A stretch of DNA of 63,744 nt, counting the filler, from Folioceros fuciformis (lineage: Eukaryota), in the NCBI GenBank assembly GCA_049999805.1. It is 11 parts of 11 records of this genome, joined end to end, with 100 filler letters (N's around TTAATTAATTAA, not from the genome) between each part and the next. Parts side by side here need not be neighbours in the genome. Positions count along the whole stretch, not along the records: positions 8,544 to 13,735 come from JBNGIO010001436.1; positions 13,836 to 18,907 come from JBNGIO010001437.1; positions 19,008 to 25,264 come from JBNGIO010001438.1; positions 25,365 to 28,455 come from JBNGIO010001439.1; 7 more parts are not named here. One strand, 5' to 3'. Below, in pieces: positions 13,043 to 26,024 of the stretch; position 1 is the stretch's first letter; each line of letters starts with the position of its first letter. The notes under the pieces were generated by a model, which ran no database searches, was not told where the DNA came from, and saw only the letters and a list, made by a program, of their open reading frames with translations. The translations under genes were made by a program, and so were the position numbers.

Positions 13043-13735
13043 CTAAGAAAGGGTAAAAAGGGCGCCCTTCAGTTTCACACCTTTTTCAGTGTCCTTCCCC
13101 TCGGGCACAATGGTGATCAGGAGCCTGGACGGTTTCTTGATGCCTAGCAGCTCTAAATTGGTAGAAACATCGAAGCTCACATTCACCCGGCGGTATTGGC
13201 CGACGTCACCGCCGATCTTACCCTCCGGAATGTTGTTGTAAGAGCCCACGAACTGAGGGATGGATTTGGGCGTACTGGCGTCTGCGCTTGGTAAGTTGAT
13301 GAAGACGGAGAAAGCCAATGACCCTTCTAGAGGTACCAACACTTCCTCCAGCGTCAGAGTTTTCAAAAGATCTTCGAAATCCAACTCCTTGAGCTCCGCT
13401 GGAACGGGCTCCGGACGCACCCGGACGGTAAAGGGCTTGTCTTCAGTGTCAGTATCCTTGTCCCCGCGCGATGCTCTGGAACCGAACTCACTGAAATCTT
13501 CAGGATTTCCCTGCGGCTTCGGGGTCTTGCGCAGCTTCTCCACAGCGCCCTTGGGGTCCTTGACGTAGTCCTTGATCAATGCCGCTCCTGCGTCCGCGTC
13601 TCCGAGCCCGTTGGCGACGTTCAGCACCGACCCGTAGTTGAGCCAGTCCTGGTCCTCCCGCACGACGGGGTAGTCATACCGCAGACTGTTCCTGGTGTCC
13701 AGCGTATCCCGCACAGTGATCTTCACCAGCTCCTT
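13043..13735 (-). CDS. PPO: Polyphenol oxidase C-terminal part (5' truncated by contig end)
   Basis: ITVRDTLDT..LRYDY...DWL (PPO1_DWL) and FSVFIN...FVGSYNNIP...RLLITIVP (PPO1_KFDV-like). Confidence 0.85.
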   Translation of the reverse strand, partial: KELVKITVRDTLDTRNSLRYDYPVVREDQDWLNYGSVLNVANGLGDADAGAALIKDYVKDPKGAVEKLRKTPKPQGNPEDFSEFGSRASRGDKDTDTEDKPFTVRVRPEPVPAELKELDFEDLLKTLTLEEVLVPLEGSLAFSVFINLPSADASTPKSIPQFVGSYNNIPEGKIGGDVGQYRRVNVSFDVSTNLELLGIKKPSRLLITIVPEGKDTEKGVKLKGALFTLS

Positions 13736-13836
13736 NNNNNNNNNNNNNNNNNNNNNNNNNNNNNNNNNNNNNNNNNNNNTTAATTAATTAANNNNNNNNN
13801 NNNNNNNNNNNNNNNNNNNNNNNNNNNNNNNNNNNT

Positions 13837-14010
13837 TCCAAGACTCCCCGTCGCGAGCGCGAGTCGTGGTGGAGAAAGTATGCAGACGATGTGCAACGAA
13901 GAGTGCGAGCTGCAGATCAAGAGAACTTGGCCACCAATGGATCCAAGAGCGCCTCTACCACTGAGCCTGGCAAGAGGTCACCCGGCGTCAGGCGAAATTC
14001 TAGAGGGTAG
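13837..14010 (+). CDS. Possible 3' end of an unidentified gene at contig start
   Basis: Open frame from the contig edge (SKTPRRERESWWRKYADD...RNSRG*). Confidence 0.25.
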   Translation, partial: SKTPRRERESWWRKYADDVQRRVRAADQENLATNGSKSASTTEPGKRSPGVRRNSRG

Positions 14011-14300
14011 GTGGCAATAGGAGCTGTTTATGTATCACCTACACTGGCGTCCATCGTCATTCTGTTAGCTTGCCGCGATAAATGTATTTCACCTAGGTAT
14101 TGCTTGAAGACTGTGGGCCGGAATATAAGCTGAGGTTGGAACCCACGCTTTACTTGACCGGCTCGCTCCTTGACCGGACTTTCGATGGTACTCATATGAC
14201 GACATTTGAGCGTTGTTCTTCGTAGGTCCACATGTCTACCCTAAGGTACCTACCTCCATTCCCCGTGTCGTGACTTGAGGATTGAGAAAGCTCGCTCTGG

Positions 14301-16924
14301 ATGTCCGAGTGCGAGCGGAGAAGGGCAGCGTGTCATGAGGTTGTCACGAACGGCGATGGCGTCGACGCGCTGCCGAAATTTCCGGTTGCGGAGCTGGAGA
14401 GTGTCGGCTTGAAGGCCAACCACGACAATATGGACCTGGCGCGCGGAGTCGGAGCCGAAGGCGGTAGCGGAGCAGGCAGGCCTGTGGTGGACAGCAATCG
14501 GGGATTTCCTCTGGACAAAATGTCTTTGGCGGAGCTGAAGGCACACGTCGAGACCAGGCTCAAGTCCGGAATCAGATTCAGCCACATTGCGGCCGGCTTG
14601 CGCGTGCATCGCAACACCCTGCGAAGGTATATGATGAAAGATGCCAGCTGGGGCGGAGTGTATGACAAGTCCCCGCTCACGGATGTGTTGGATCAACTCC
14701 GGGAGGTGGTTCCGTTGGAGGATAATGGCTCGTGCTGGGGTATTAGGAAGTGCCAAGCGGCGCTCCGGGCCACCAATCACAGGGTGTCCCGGCGCAAGGT
14801 CCGCGCTGCTCTCAATTCCCTCGACTCCGCTGCCCTGCAATCGCGCAGGGTGAAGCGCAAGGATGACTCCTCCCACTGTGAGTGGTGGCTTAGGGCCCCT
14901 CTTCGGGTTTTCTGTATGTGTTGTCTTGTGTCGCATTGATCACGATTCTGATAGTTTGTTAGGCTTCTGAAGGCGAGGGTGGGAGCGAAACTTTGGACGA
15001 AGGAAGAAGCAACTCTTGCACTGCGCCTGAAACAGGTGCCACGGAAAGTCTCTGTACTCTGGAATTCGACGCGCAGAGGCATTTTCTCCGGGAGGAACAA
15101 GAATCTGGGCGTGCCAGGAACGGTGATCAGGGGGCCTTGTGTTCCATCTTAGCAGTTGTTCCTGTCGGAGGGACAGGATTTGGACCGGGGGACGTCACTC
15201 AGCCTGTCGACCACGCGCAGGGGATCGTCGATAGCAGGATAACCGTATCTTGCAGTGGGAATGATGGGAGGGAGAGCATCTGCACAAGCACCCTGCCGGA
15301 AAACGATCTGCCGAGCGGAATCAACCGCGGACTATCACGCACGGTGGCACCGGTCAGGAGTGCTTTGTTTCGGGATGACGGGGGAGCAGACGAGGCCATG
15401 CTCCTCTCTGGAACTTGTGAAAGGCATACAGAAGGAGCTGTCGGTAGCGATCCGCAAGGTCGACAGGAGGCCTGTCTAAATCCCAGATGTTCAGAACAAT
15501 CTGGCAACAAGGATGTAGGTTTTCTCGGGGGCAGTGGCAATGCAAGCCTCTTGTTCCCTCCCAGCGTAGGAGATGTCGTCTGCATGTCAGCAGGTTGTGG
15601 ATACACCGATGCTCCAATTCTAAGATGCGGGCGGAGCTCCATAAACTTGAACAGCCGTGCCTGTGGTCTCGTAGATGCAGGTATTCAAGGGGATGATGCT
15701 TCTGCTTCAAAGGAAGTAGGGCCTCGTAATGCCGGGAACGGTGCTGGCACTGTAAGGAAAGGGTGGTTCCCTTACGCAGATGAGTTCAAGCTGAATGAGG
15801 AGGAAGGCTCACTTACGAGCAAAGCAATTCTAGAAAAGCTAGACTCGTTTCTTGTTGCAGGCCGTAGGAAGAGAATTGAAAGCGTTGTAGGTAACCGCAC
15901 GTATACCATCTGCATTGTGCTGGAAGGTTTGCTTGACCCCAGCCATGTGTCGTCGGTGTTCAAGTCTGCTGATGCGTTTGGAATCCAATCAGTGCACATG
16001 ATCTCCAGCTGCCAAAAGAACAGGTGCAGTTGCTTCTGATTACTTTTGTATGTAATATCAATATTGGAGAAGAGTAAGAGGGACTCCCCATAGATGGTTC
16101 TGTGGTTCTGCTGCTTTCATTGCTATATCGTTCTGGTATATGGTCTAACTTAAACGCTTCATTCAGGTCCAAGAAGCTGCGGAAATCTGTTGATAATGTA
16201 GAGAAGTGGTTAGATGTTGAAACGTGGGACTCTATCAGGGAGTGTATTACAACGCTTCGGACTCGCGGATATCGAATAGCGGTGACACATGTCGCAGCAG
16301 ACTCAGTTCAGCACCTACTTTCGTTTTAATCTGTTTGGAGTTGGAATTCTTCTATTTAAGTCCTAGTTAAGGACTCTGCTCCAATGTCGAACGCCTTTTC
16401 ATTGTTGACATGAGTTTCTTACGTGCGAAAGTTATCTTGCAGATTTCAATACATGACATGGACTGGTCTATACCCACAGCCGTAATTCTAGGCAACGAAA
16501 GCAGGTAGGTAGACCTGATGGCCTCTCCTTTCAAACTTTTGGAAGTTCATCATTAAAATAACTGTTAAAAGTTTACCATTAAGATGGTCGTTATTTATAC
16601 GCAGGGGCCCAAGTCATGAGGCAATACTGTCCTCAGACATACGCTGCAGCATACCCATGGTCGGGATGGAAGATGCATTGAGTGTGTCTGTTATCGCTGG
16701 GATAGTTATGCAACACTCAGTTCGAAGCCGACTTACAAAATTCGTGAGTGCCTTTCAGCTTTGTACTTCGGAAGTACACCATACAAAACCTCTGAGCGAT
16801 GTTGCCGCGTGCCGTGTATGAGTGAAATTTTTCTGTGGACTTCTTCCAGGGCGTTCAAGGAGATCTGATGCAGAGAGAGCAACAAATACTGGCGGCAGAA
16901 TTTTGTATGAGGCACGGCCGATAG
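14301..16924 (+). CDS. SpoU/TrmH-family (SPOUT) RNA methyltransferase-like protein, At5g15390-like, with long N-terminal extension; SPOUT exons ..16023, 16167-16305, 16443-16504, 16605-16743, 16850-16924
   Basis: RIESVVGNRTYTICIVLEGL, EKWLDVE, DMDWSIPTAVILGNESRG, CSIPMVGM, GDL..EQQILAAEF.MRH; GT-AG introns in frame. The join to ORF 14301 is inferred. Confidence 0.8.
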
Positions 16925-17451
16925 TACATCTAATTCGCACGTACGTGCGTGTGTGTATATTCTTGTTCAACATCAAACACCTCGCTGTTCAAATTCGTTG
17001 CCACATGATATTACCACTCAAACAGTATACACCGGGACTCCCACGATGTAACCCCTTGCCCAAATGTTCTGATCCCGGTAGCCACGGTCACAGAGCCGAG
17101 AACATAGGGTGCGTTGTCCTCATCGCTGGTACGCACTAGCAGACACAAGCACTGTTTTACAGGTACATGTGCATAACGAATATGCGTAGCTCAATAATGG
17201 AATAAGCTTAACCTCATATACTTCCCCTGCGGGCCCCTGCCCAACCGACAACGGAATCGCTCCCTCCTTGAAAATCGGAAGTTTCATTTAACAGACCCGC
17301 AAATATCCTTTGACTAGAGTCCCTGACGCCCCGCTAGCGCTCAATTGACGAGACGATCCACTGGACGCCCTCTATCCCCAAATGCCATGATAGAGGACGT
17401 CTATCCAGTCCACACTATGGCATAAATCCTCCCTCCGACCAAGTAACAAGT

Positions 17452-18907
17452 TCAACCATTAGTCATCAAGTCAGAAATGAGCTTGGAGTGAGGACGGTCC
17501 CATGCACAAGGCACTGTCAACTCTGCTCCAAGTTGTCTGTCCAATTCAAGTGCTGCTTCCATAGCATCATATACAAGCTCGTCTCCATCTTCTGCAAGAA
17601 GAGCAGTGTCCTTCAGATCATCAGTTGTCCCCTCCGCATGAAGATTCAGGGAGTCAGGTGATCCCTTACAGTACTGAGCATAGTGGACACTTGCTTCACT
17701 ATCTTCGAGACTTTCTGCGGCAAGCATGTTGGAATACTGTTTATGGTTTCCTGAAACAATCATGTATATGTCTTCTACGTAAGGAAAAGCAGGGGACGAC
17801 AACCAATCAAATTGTGGAGCCGAACGATCCATAGTGGTCTTTTGCAGAGCAGTCTGCGTAGACTCCGGAACCAGCTGTGTGCTAGGATCTTCAAGCTTAC
17901 GCTGCCCAAACAGCCAGTTGGGACTTTTTAGCTGGACTTCTGCAGCATCAGTCCCAGAAACTCCAGCTGGAGTACCGGGCTTCACCTCAACGTCACTGAA
18001 CATCCGCACGTTTTTTATTGTGCCACTTGCTGGCAAAAGCTTGTCAAAGGAGGTGAGTTTAGGCCGGTGGAAGTCCTCTTCGTGAGCTGACAACGTGGGT
18101 ATCCCGCGAAGGGGATTATGCTGCAAAGTCACCCGTTGCTGTGCAGCATTCCCAGTTTCATCCCGTGAAGAGTCATCCTGACAACCTCCAACATGAAGGT
18201 AGTAGTCAGAATCTAGCTCCCAAAGGGCTGGTTTCCCTTCTTGTGGTTGAAAAAGACCTAGAAAAAGATTCATCGCATCCTGCTTTTCACCATCAGTGTA
18301 CGCATTGCTGTAATATCGTTTGATGGACTTGAGAAACTCCTGAGACTGAGTAGTGGCCTTCCACTTCCCCTGTCTCTCGGGAAAGACAGTGTTGTGAGCC
18401 TCAGATCCGCCATACTGGAGAGCTAGAACATCACCCATATTTCGATACATGTCCATCAATGCATCAGCAACCTCACTGTCAGGGTCCACTTTTTGCACGT
18501 GAGACAACTGCAACGCATAGAGCTGGCGGCCAAGGGCAGCCAAACCATATGCATACTGTGCAACATTTGTACGATCTAGGCAGTCGATGCAATTTGTCCG
18601 CAAAACCCCACTCTGGAGCCTGGGTTCCCTTCCTTCAGGCAAACGTTCTTCCTCTTGATTCCCATAAGTCTTAGAAGTTGAGCGAGTGACGCTGCTGCTG
18701 CTGCTGCTAGGCAAGCCCACAGTATCCAACGCAGAAGAAGAAGAACGTCCAAAGTCCGTGAATGGCATCGTAGATCTTTGCAACGCGGCATCCTTGGCTA
18801 GAGCTGTCAAGCGCTGATGCTGCATCCGCTGCCTGGACGCGGACAGCTTGCCCGTGTAGAAAATTCCTGTCAAATCAAGAGCCTCACCTGCAACAGCATC
18901 CAGGACA
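17452..18907 (-). CDS. SAC-domain phosphoinositide phosphatase (FIG4/SAC1-5 type), 5' truncated
   Basis: Catalytic LRTNCIDCLDRTNVAQ, GDVLALQYGGSEAHN, KRYYSNAYTDGEKQDAMNLFLG; open up to the contig edge. Confidence 0.93.
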
Positions 18908-19984
18908 NNNNNNNNNNNNNNNNNNNNNNNNNNNNNNNNNNNNNNNNNNNNTTAATTAATTAANNNNNNNNNNNNNNNNNNNNNNNNNNNNNNNNNNNNN
19001 NNNNNNNCATAAATAAATCTATGTTCCAGGTTCATTGAAGAGTGCTTTATCTTATGAATCGTGGCAGTGATTTTGATATTTTTATTATTTTAAAGATATT
19101 CCTTGTCTATGTTAAACTTGTGGCTCAACTTCAAACTTGGTCATAGCTAATTTCTAATAGAAGACTTTTATCCTTTTAGGGCAAGGTGAGCTAGTAGTTC
19201 ATCCATCCTTAGTGGACTCTAACAGAATTGTTATTTGTGTTGTTTTCCTTCTTCTATTTCTTCTCCTACTTCAACAATTGAAGGTAGATACATATACAAT
19301 GTGACAACTCATAATGTAGGGCTTTTACTACTAGCCATGCCATGTTGCAATTCTAGGTCTCGGATAAGTAGGAATAAAAAATTATTATCGATATCATTAT
19401 ATGTAAATTAATGTAAAAAAATCTACTATATTTATTTATTAGGTAGAAGTATAAATATTAAAATAAAATTTAAAAGATAAAATTAAAATATTATATATTA
19501 TTTAAGTATATAAAGAGCTTGTTTTTTTTTCCTTTTTTTTGTGCGATGGAACTTGGGACTTGGGACCTGGTAGATATGCTTGGTAGAAGTTTGATGAAGG
19601 ATGCGAAATCCTTATAAATGCATGCTGTTTTAATCTTTACAGATTTTGTCCATCCAGCCCGGAGTGCTAAAGCGAAATGGAACTAGATCATTTTAAGAGA
19701 AATGAACTTATATATCACCATGTATATTATAAAAGCTGAAGCTTACGACGTTTTGGCTGGTGTTGCCAGGGTAAGTGTATGAGGAAAATTGGGGGATGTG
19801 TTTGAGCAGAGTTTGTGCAGGAGGATGTGTTTGAGCACAATCGTGTGGCACATGATACGAAGGAAATTGAACAGGCTGTCCCGGTCCGGTCTTGCACCGC
19901 GACACAGCTGACACGGATGCCCGCAATTGTTGTTGATCCGACTTAATCACACAGGTTTGGAGTTTCTTGCCTGACTGCCGGGGC

Positions 19985-22900
19985 ATGGCCGCTTCTGCCT
20001 GGCAGGCACGGGCCGCACAGTCGTTGGGCATGCAAACGACGCTGGCAGATATGCAGCACGGGAACGGGAGCAGTGCAGGACAAACGCCGGTGCATGGGCA
20101 TCTGCGCCCTCAGTTTGGTGCGTCATCCGTCACCTTCACAGAGACACCAGCTACATCTTGCAGAGATTTCAGTGACATGAGCACAAATTCCCTATCATCA
20201 CCTAATCAGCAGTCTCTGGTTGCTGGCGCATCATTGTCCCCTGGTTCTGCTTCTCATGCGTCTCAGGGGCCAGGACAACCTGCGCTACCACCTGGTCAGC
20301 CGATTGCGGCTCCTGCCCAAGCGCAGAGAGCTTCCGGGCAGCCATCAATGCCCCCGGGCCAGGCCACCCCTGGGTCTGGGCACCCGGCGTCAGTAAGGCT
20401 CTCACCTGCTGCTCCTGCTGCTGCTGCTTTGATGATGAGGGCAGGGCAGGGCAGGGCAGGCTAGGCCAGGCCAGGGCTCACTGGACTCCACGCCGAAAAG
20501 GATACTAATATGTGATTTTACGGTTGCAGGGATTCTCGGCGGCGACTGTGCAGCCGGGTATGTACAGTCGTCCAAACCAAGCTGGTTCATATCTTCCGCC
20601 ATCCGGAGCTTTTTTGGGAAATAGATGGTCTACTCTGCAGGCAATTCAACCAGGGGCTACTTCTGCAGCCGTAGGTGCCCGGACCTCCGCAGACACTGTG
20701 ATAGCGGGATCAGGTTCGGCATCCTTGCCCCCTACAGCTCCGCTGGGTGTTGGAATAACTCAGTCCTCGGGAGCTGCTTCTGGACCGTCTCCGTCTCAGT
20801 CCTCTTTTCCGAATTATCCCCCTGCCAATCCCCTAGGTCCTCCTCACATTCCTCCGTGGATATTGAATCAGCAGCCGGCAGGGCAACCACAGCCTTATCT
20901 CCCGTTCGGACCCTACCCAGGATACCAGATGCCTTTCAATAGGCCTTCACGGCAACCAGGTCCATACCAAGAAAGTCCTTCAAGTTTACTTCCTTCCCAG
21001 GGTAAACTATCTCATGCAGGGGTGCCCCTTAATTGCCCCAATGCTTGGGGGAGCCAACCGGCTCCTGGTACGACAACCTCGACTTCTGTCCAGCATGGAC
21101 GAAAGGATGTCACGACTGTTTCTTCTGTCACTGCCTGTGCACCTGGCCTGGCTTCTCAACTCCCATCAAGCTCTGCAGCTCCAAGTCCGGATGAACACAG
21201 TGATATCATTAATGACCTCAGCGCAGATGTAGAAAATGGCATATCTATCGAGCAGGTTTCCCCTGCAGGCAAGGATAGGTCTCTTGAAGCTCAGAGTCTT
21301 GAGGAGGAATGGTCTGCACACAGGACAGCAGATGGTAGAGTTTATTATTACAACTCAGTCTCAGGGGATTCTACGTATGAAAAACCGGCAGGCTTCACGG
21401 GGGAGGTACGTGTGGTTTGCATTCATCTTAACCACTTCCTGCACTGTCCTCATCTTGGCAAGCTCTTGTATGTATTGTTGATTTTTTCTTCTTCTAATGG
21501 TTTCCGTATGAAACTTTCTAGCTACTTTGAAACTTATTCATGGACTATGTGCAGGTGGATAAAGTAACAGCCCAGCCTACGCCAGTGTCATGGTGATTAA
21601 TCGCACTTCGTTTTTTCTCTGGCCTGGATTCGGAAGTGCTAATTTTTCAAACAATTTTTGTCAAGAAAGTAGGGCTTGATTTGACCGCTCATCTTTGGCA
21701 AGAGAAAGCAAGGGACAGTAACATGGATGTGAATCTGTTGGAGTTGTAGGGAAGATGTCAGCCATGAAGGTTGTAGATTGTATTCCTCTCCCATGGTTGG
21801 CATGTTTCTGTGTCTTTAAGCCTGAGTGTTGTTCGTAGCGTTTTCAAAACAGGCGTCTTGGTGACCATTCTGCTGTGAATACACAGCCTTTTTGAGTGTT
21901 GAACTGATGGTGGTCATATGCCCGTTGGTGCGCTTTCACGTACCCTGCTGAACTTTCTGTAATGGGGCTCTCCATTTGTTTGCAGGGAGCGGATAGCAGG
22001 GACAGACTGGGCGCTTGTCAACACAAATGACTCAAAGAAGTACTACTTTAATACCAGAAGTCAGGTGTGCTTCCAAGAACGCTGTGAATAATATGGACAC
22101 TGATGGTTTTTTCACCTTCCAGTTCATCTGCATAGTTCTGTATGGGCGAAGGATTCTCCCCTTCTTGTTGTTAGAGTGGTTCTTGTAGGTCAACACCATC
22201 TATTCTGAAACTTAGATGGTTCATCCCTAGGTTACTAGTTGGCAGATACCACAAGAGGTAGCACAGTTGCGAAAAGATCAAGCGGAAGAAGTTTCCTCAA
22301 GGCGGGCCTCTGAAGCAGGGGTGGCTTTGGTGGCTGCATCTGAGAAGAACAATGTATCCTTTAGTCTCAACGTGCCCGCAGCTGCATCAGGAGGGCGTGA
22401 GGCTGTTGGACACAAAGGAGTTGTAACAGCCATGGGATCATCAGCTCTTGACCTTATTAAGAAAAAACTACAAGACGTAGGATCTCCTGTTGCGATGAAT
22501 CCCATAGCAGGCACAAATGGTACTTCGGCGCCAGAGGTCCACAGTTCAAAAGCACTAGTGGTGGAATCTGGCAAAGAGAAGTCAGCATCATCAGATAGTT
22601 CTTCTGACAGTGATGACGAGGACCCTGGTCCAACAAAGGAGGAACGCATTGTACAATTCAAGGTGCGCATGCTGCCAAGACAACACTGAAAATTTCTGAT
22701 GGGATACTGAATCTCTGGAAAGGTGCCTGTTTCCATAGTGTGCTCCTTGTGGCAACACCATAATGACCCTGATAAGTTGGGTTTGCTTCCATAGGACATG
22801 CTCAAAGAAAAAGGGGTTGCACCCTTTTCGAAGTGGGAGAAGGAGCTGCCGAAAATAATTTTTGATGTTCGTTTCAAGGTATTACTATGTTCTAGGGTGT

Positions 22901-25245
22901 TCTCCGGAATTCCAATCACTGACAGTGGTATGAGACACTAACCCATTTGCTCGCACTTTCAGGCGATACCAAGCTACACTGAACGTCGCTCAATATTCGA
23001 GCATTATGTAAGAACTCGAGCAGATGAGGAGCGCAAGGAGAAACGGGCTGCTCAGAAAGCTGCCATTAAAGGCTTCAAACTTCTTTTGGATGAAGCAGCA
23101 AAGGTGGTTATAAGATCTGAACTGGAAAAGGGCTGCTCTTGGTGATGACTGCGAACATGCTGTAGGTGCATCATAGTGTTCTCTGGTACGTGTCAGTCTG
23201 CAGGGAGCTCAATCTGTTGTTAGGTTCAAGAGCCGGCTTTGCTTTGCGCTTGTTAAAGTTCACATTTTCTTGGGTAGTCAATAGCTTCTCATTTTGCAAT
23301 GATGCCTCTTCTAGTCCTTATGGGTCAAATGAAGATGGATGATGAGGTTAAGCTCGATTGTTGGTTTACCGCCAACATCTGGTAGGTAGCTCTTCTGGGT
23401 TTTTTTGACACTGCAATCTGCCTACGGCAAGGAGGAGAACAATTATAATGCTTGGTAGTGGGTGATAGTTTGTGCCAAGCCACACACAACCGTCATCACA
23501 GCCTGATGGACTGCATTCTGCCGACCGATGCAGTGAACGCCGTTACTAATCTTGCGATATTTTGGCTGTGGATGCAGGAAATGAACCATGCCACAGAATA
23601 CGAAAGTTTTGCGAAGGTGTGGAGTGGTGACCCAAGGTTTCAGGCTCTGGACCGGAAGGATCGGGAGGCTTTGCTTCAGGAGAGGTGCGCATCACCCCCC
23701 AGCTAGATCTACCTGGGTCAAGGGTCCTTCCAATCACTGTCAGGGATGAGCTTGAGAAGGGACTAAGCTTGCAATATGGAGACTTATAGTCAGAGTTAGG
23801 TGACAGCCATTTTCAGGATTGAAGAACCCGAGCAAATGGACTATGGCATCGCGCCAACTACCATTTGCTGGGCAGTCTGAGTCAGTATTGGCTATTTGTT
23901 GGTTCTTGAAGTTTCTTACCAGCCAGTTGTGTGGATGGCTGACATTGGTTGCTTAATGTTATGTGGTTGATAAGACATGTCGCATACCAAGGTGAATCCT
24001 GTCATACTTTGCGATTCGCCGAGGCATATATGACTACAGGTATAGTTCCTGTCTTTTATCACCGTTCTAGTGTCTCAACCCGTGCCATGAGCTAATACAA
24101 TCTGAGTGGGGCTTCGAGCCTGACGGGGACATGTTGAATGGATAATCTGGTCTGCTGGGCAACCCTTGACCTTTGCTTGCGTGCTTGTTCTGGACCATTC
24201 TTGAAATCAGGGATCCGGTCCATGGTGTTTTCACTCTCATGCCTGTCGACACTCCTGGTTTGCGTGCTATGGGGACCATTCTGACAGCGATTTAAAGTAT
24301 TGTGTGTTGGAATTTTTGTTGATTTAGAGTTTTGCCCCTGCGGAAAGCCGAAGAGGAAAGAGTGAAGTCTGAGCTTGCAGCTGCTGCTACTGGCTTCAAG
24401 GCCATGCTTCTTGAAAAGGGAGGGGATATCAACACTGGCACTAGGTGGTCCAAGGTATGGAGTTCATGACGGTGGAACGCGACGGATTGCCTTTTTTTCT
24501 TTGTAGTTTACCCGTATTCAGTGAGGAAGGATTCGCCTGATGTAGGTTAAGGACAGTCTGCGTAATGACCCAAGGTGCAGAGCAGTAAAGCGAGAAGATA
24601 GAGAGGTTCTGTTTAACGCATATGTAGGGGAGTTGCGTGCTGCTGAACAGGAGAGTGAGAGGGCTGCGAAGTTGAAAAGGGACGAGGAGGTGAGCAACCA
24701 CTCACAGGCGCTTGTCCTTTCTGTAAAACTTTGCAGTTTCCGATGAGTCATGTCCGTGGATGCTGAGCTTACATGCTTCCATTTTAGATCCATTGCTCTA
24801 CCGGCGTCTACTGACAGTGTTGCGTGCTTAATTATATTCGTCTCCCTGGCATTTGGTGACACTCCGACTTGGTGGCTTTCAGGAAAAGCTAAAAGAGAGG
24901 GATCGCGAGTTGCGTAAGAGGAAGGAGCGTGAGGAACAAGAGGTAGAAAGAGTCAGGTCCAAGGCACGGCGGAAAGAAGCAATCAGTGGGTTTCAAACTC
25001 TTCTTACGGAAAAAATCAAGGATCCTGAGGTGATATTATCGTTAAGGTGCACGACTACTGTTTCGTGGCAGGTGTAAGTGGGATCATCCTCTTAAGGCCC
25101 TTCAATTGCGCTTGTCTGACAGGCGTCATGGACAGAAGCGAGACAGAAATTGGGTAAGGATCCTCAAGGCCGCGCATCGAATCCCGAGCTCGATTTCGGA
25201 GAGCGAGAGAGGCTGTTCCGAGAGCACGTAAATGACCTCTATGTG
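19985..25245 (+). CDS. PRP40C: Pre-mRNA-processing protein 40C (TCERG1-like; WW + FF domains), 3' truncated; about 12 exons
   Basis: WW1 WSAHRTADGRVYYYNSVSGDSTYEKP, WW2 TDWALVNTNDSKKYYFN, SSALDLIKKKLQ, FF domains MLKEKGVAPFSKWEKELPKIIFD.RF and DPRFQALDRKDRE. Confidence 0.92.
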
Positions 25246-26024
25246 GTATCACTCTCCCCCCACCNNNNNNNNNNNNNNNNNNNNNNNNNNNNNNNNNNNN
25301 NNNNNNNNTTAATTAATTAANNNNNNNNNNNNNNNNNNNNNNNNNNNNNNNNNNNNNNNNNNNNTATTAGCGCAACGCAGACATCAACCCACACAAAGGG
25401 TTGAGAAAGATCCTCGACAGGTTGCAGATTTCCTCAAGAACCTTGATCAACAGACACAAGATTTAGGGGGTTCGCCAACCAAGTCGGGATCAGACCACCC
25501 TGGGCCCCAAACACCTCCGCTGCCAGAGAGCATCGACCAGGGCGAACGGGCAAGCTCAGCACCCCAGATGCAAATCGGCGCGACGCACCTCACGCCCCTC
25601 GCCGAGACCGACCCAGACGTCTCCCCATTGGGCTTCCTGCTGAACCCCTTCACGCTGCCGGGACACGACGGTTAGTAATGGCCCACCTGGACCCTAAAAC
25701 TCCAGGGCTTACTCTTTCGGCCTGCCCTCTCAGAAATAACACAAATATGCATTATTTCCCCATCCGCTCCTAATAGGCCGGACTAGTTCCCCTTCACCTT
25801 CAGTTGCACTCATGCTGAAGGCATCAGTGGCGAAGCCTTCAACTGGGCGCAGCATCCAGATGCCATCCGCCTAATGACACCCGAGCTCCGTGCCCAGCTA
25901 GTCTCCGCCACCTACGTCCCAACATTAGCCGCTAAGGGAATGAGCGTCTAATAACAGGAGTTACATGCATGCCTACCTCCCTGTACCACTGTAGCCATAG
26001 CTCCCCAGGTCGCCGTAGACGTAC

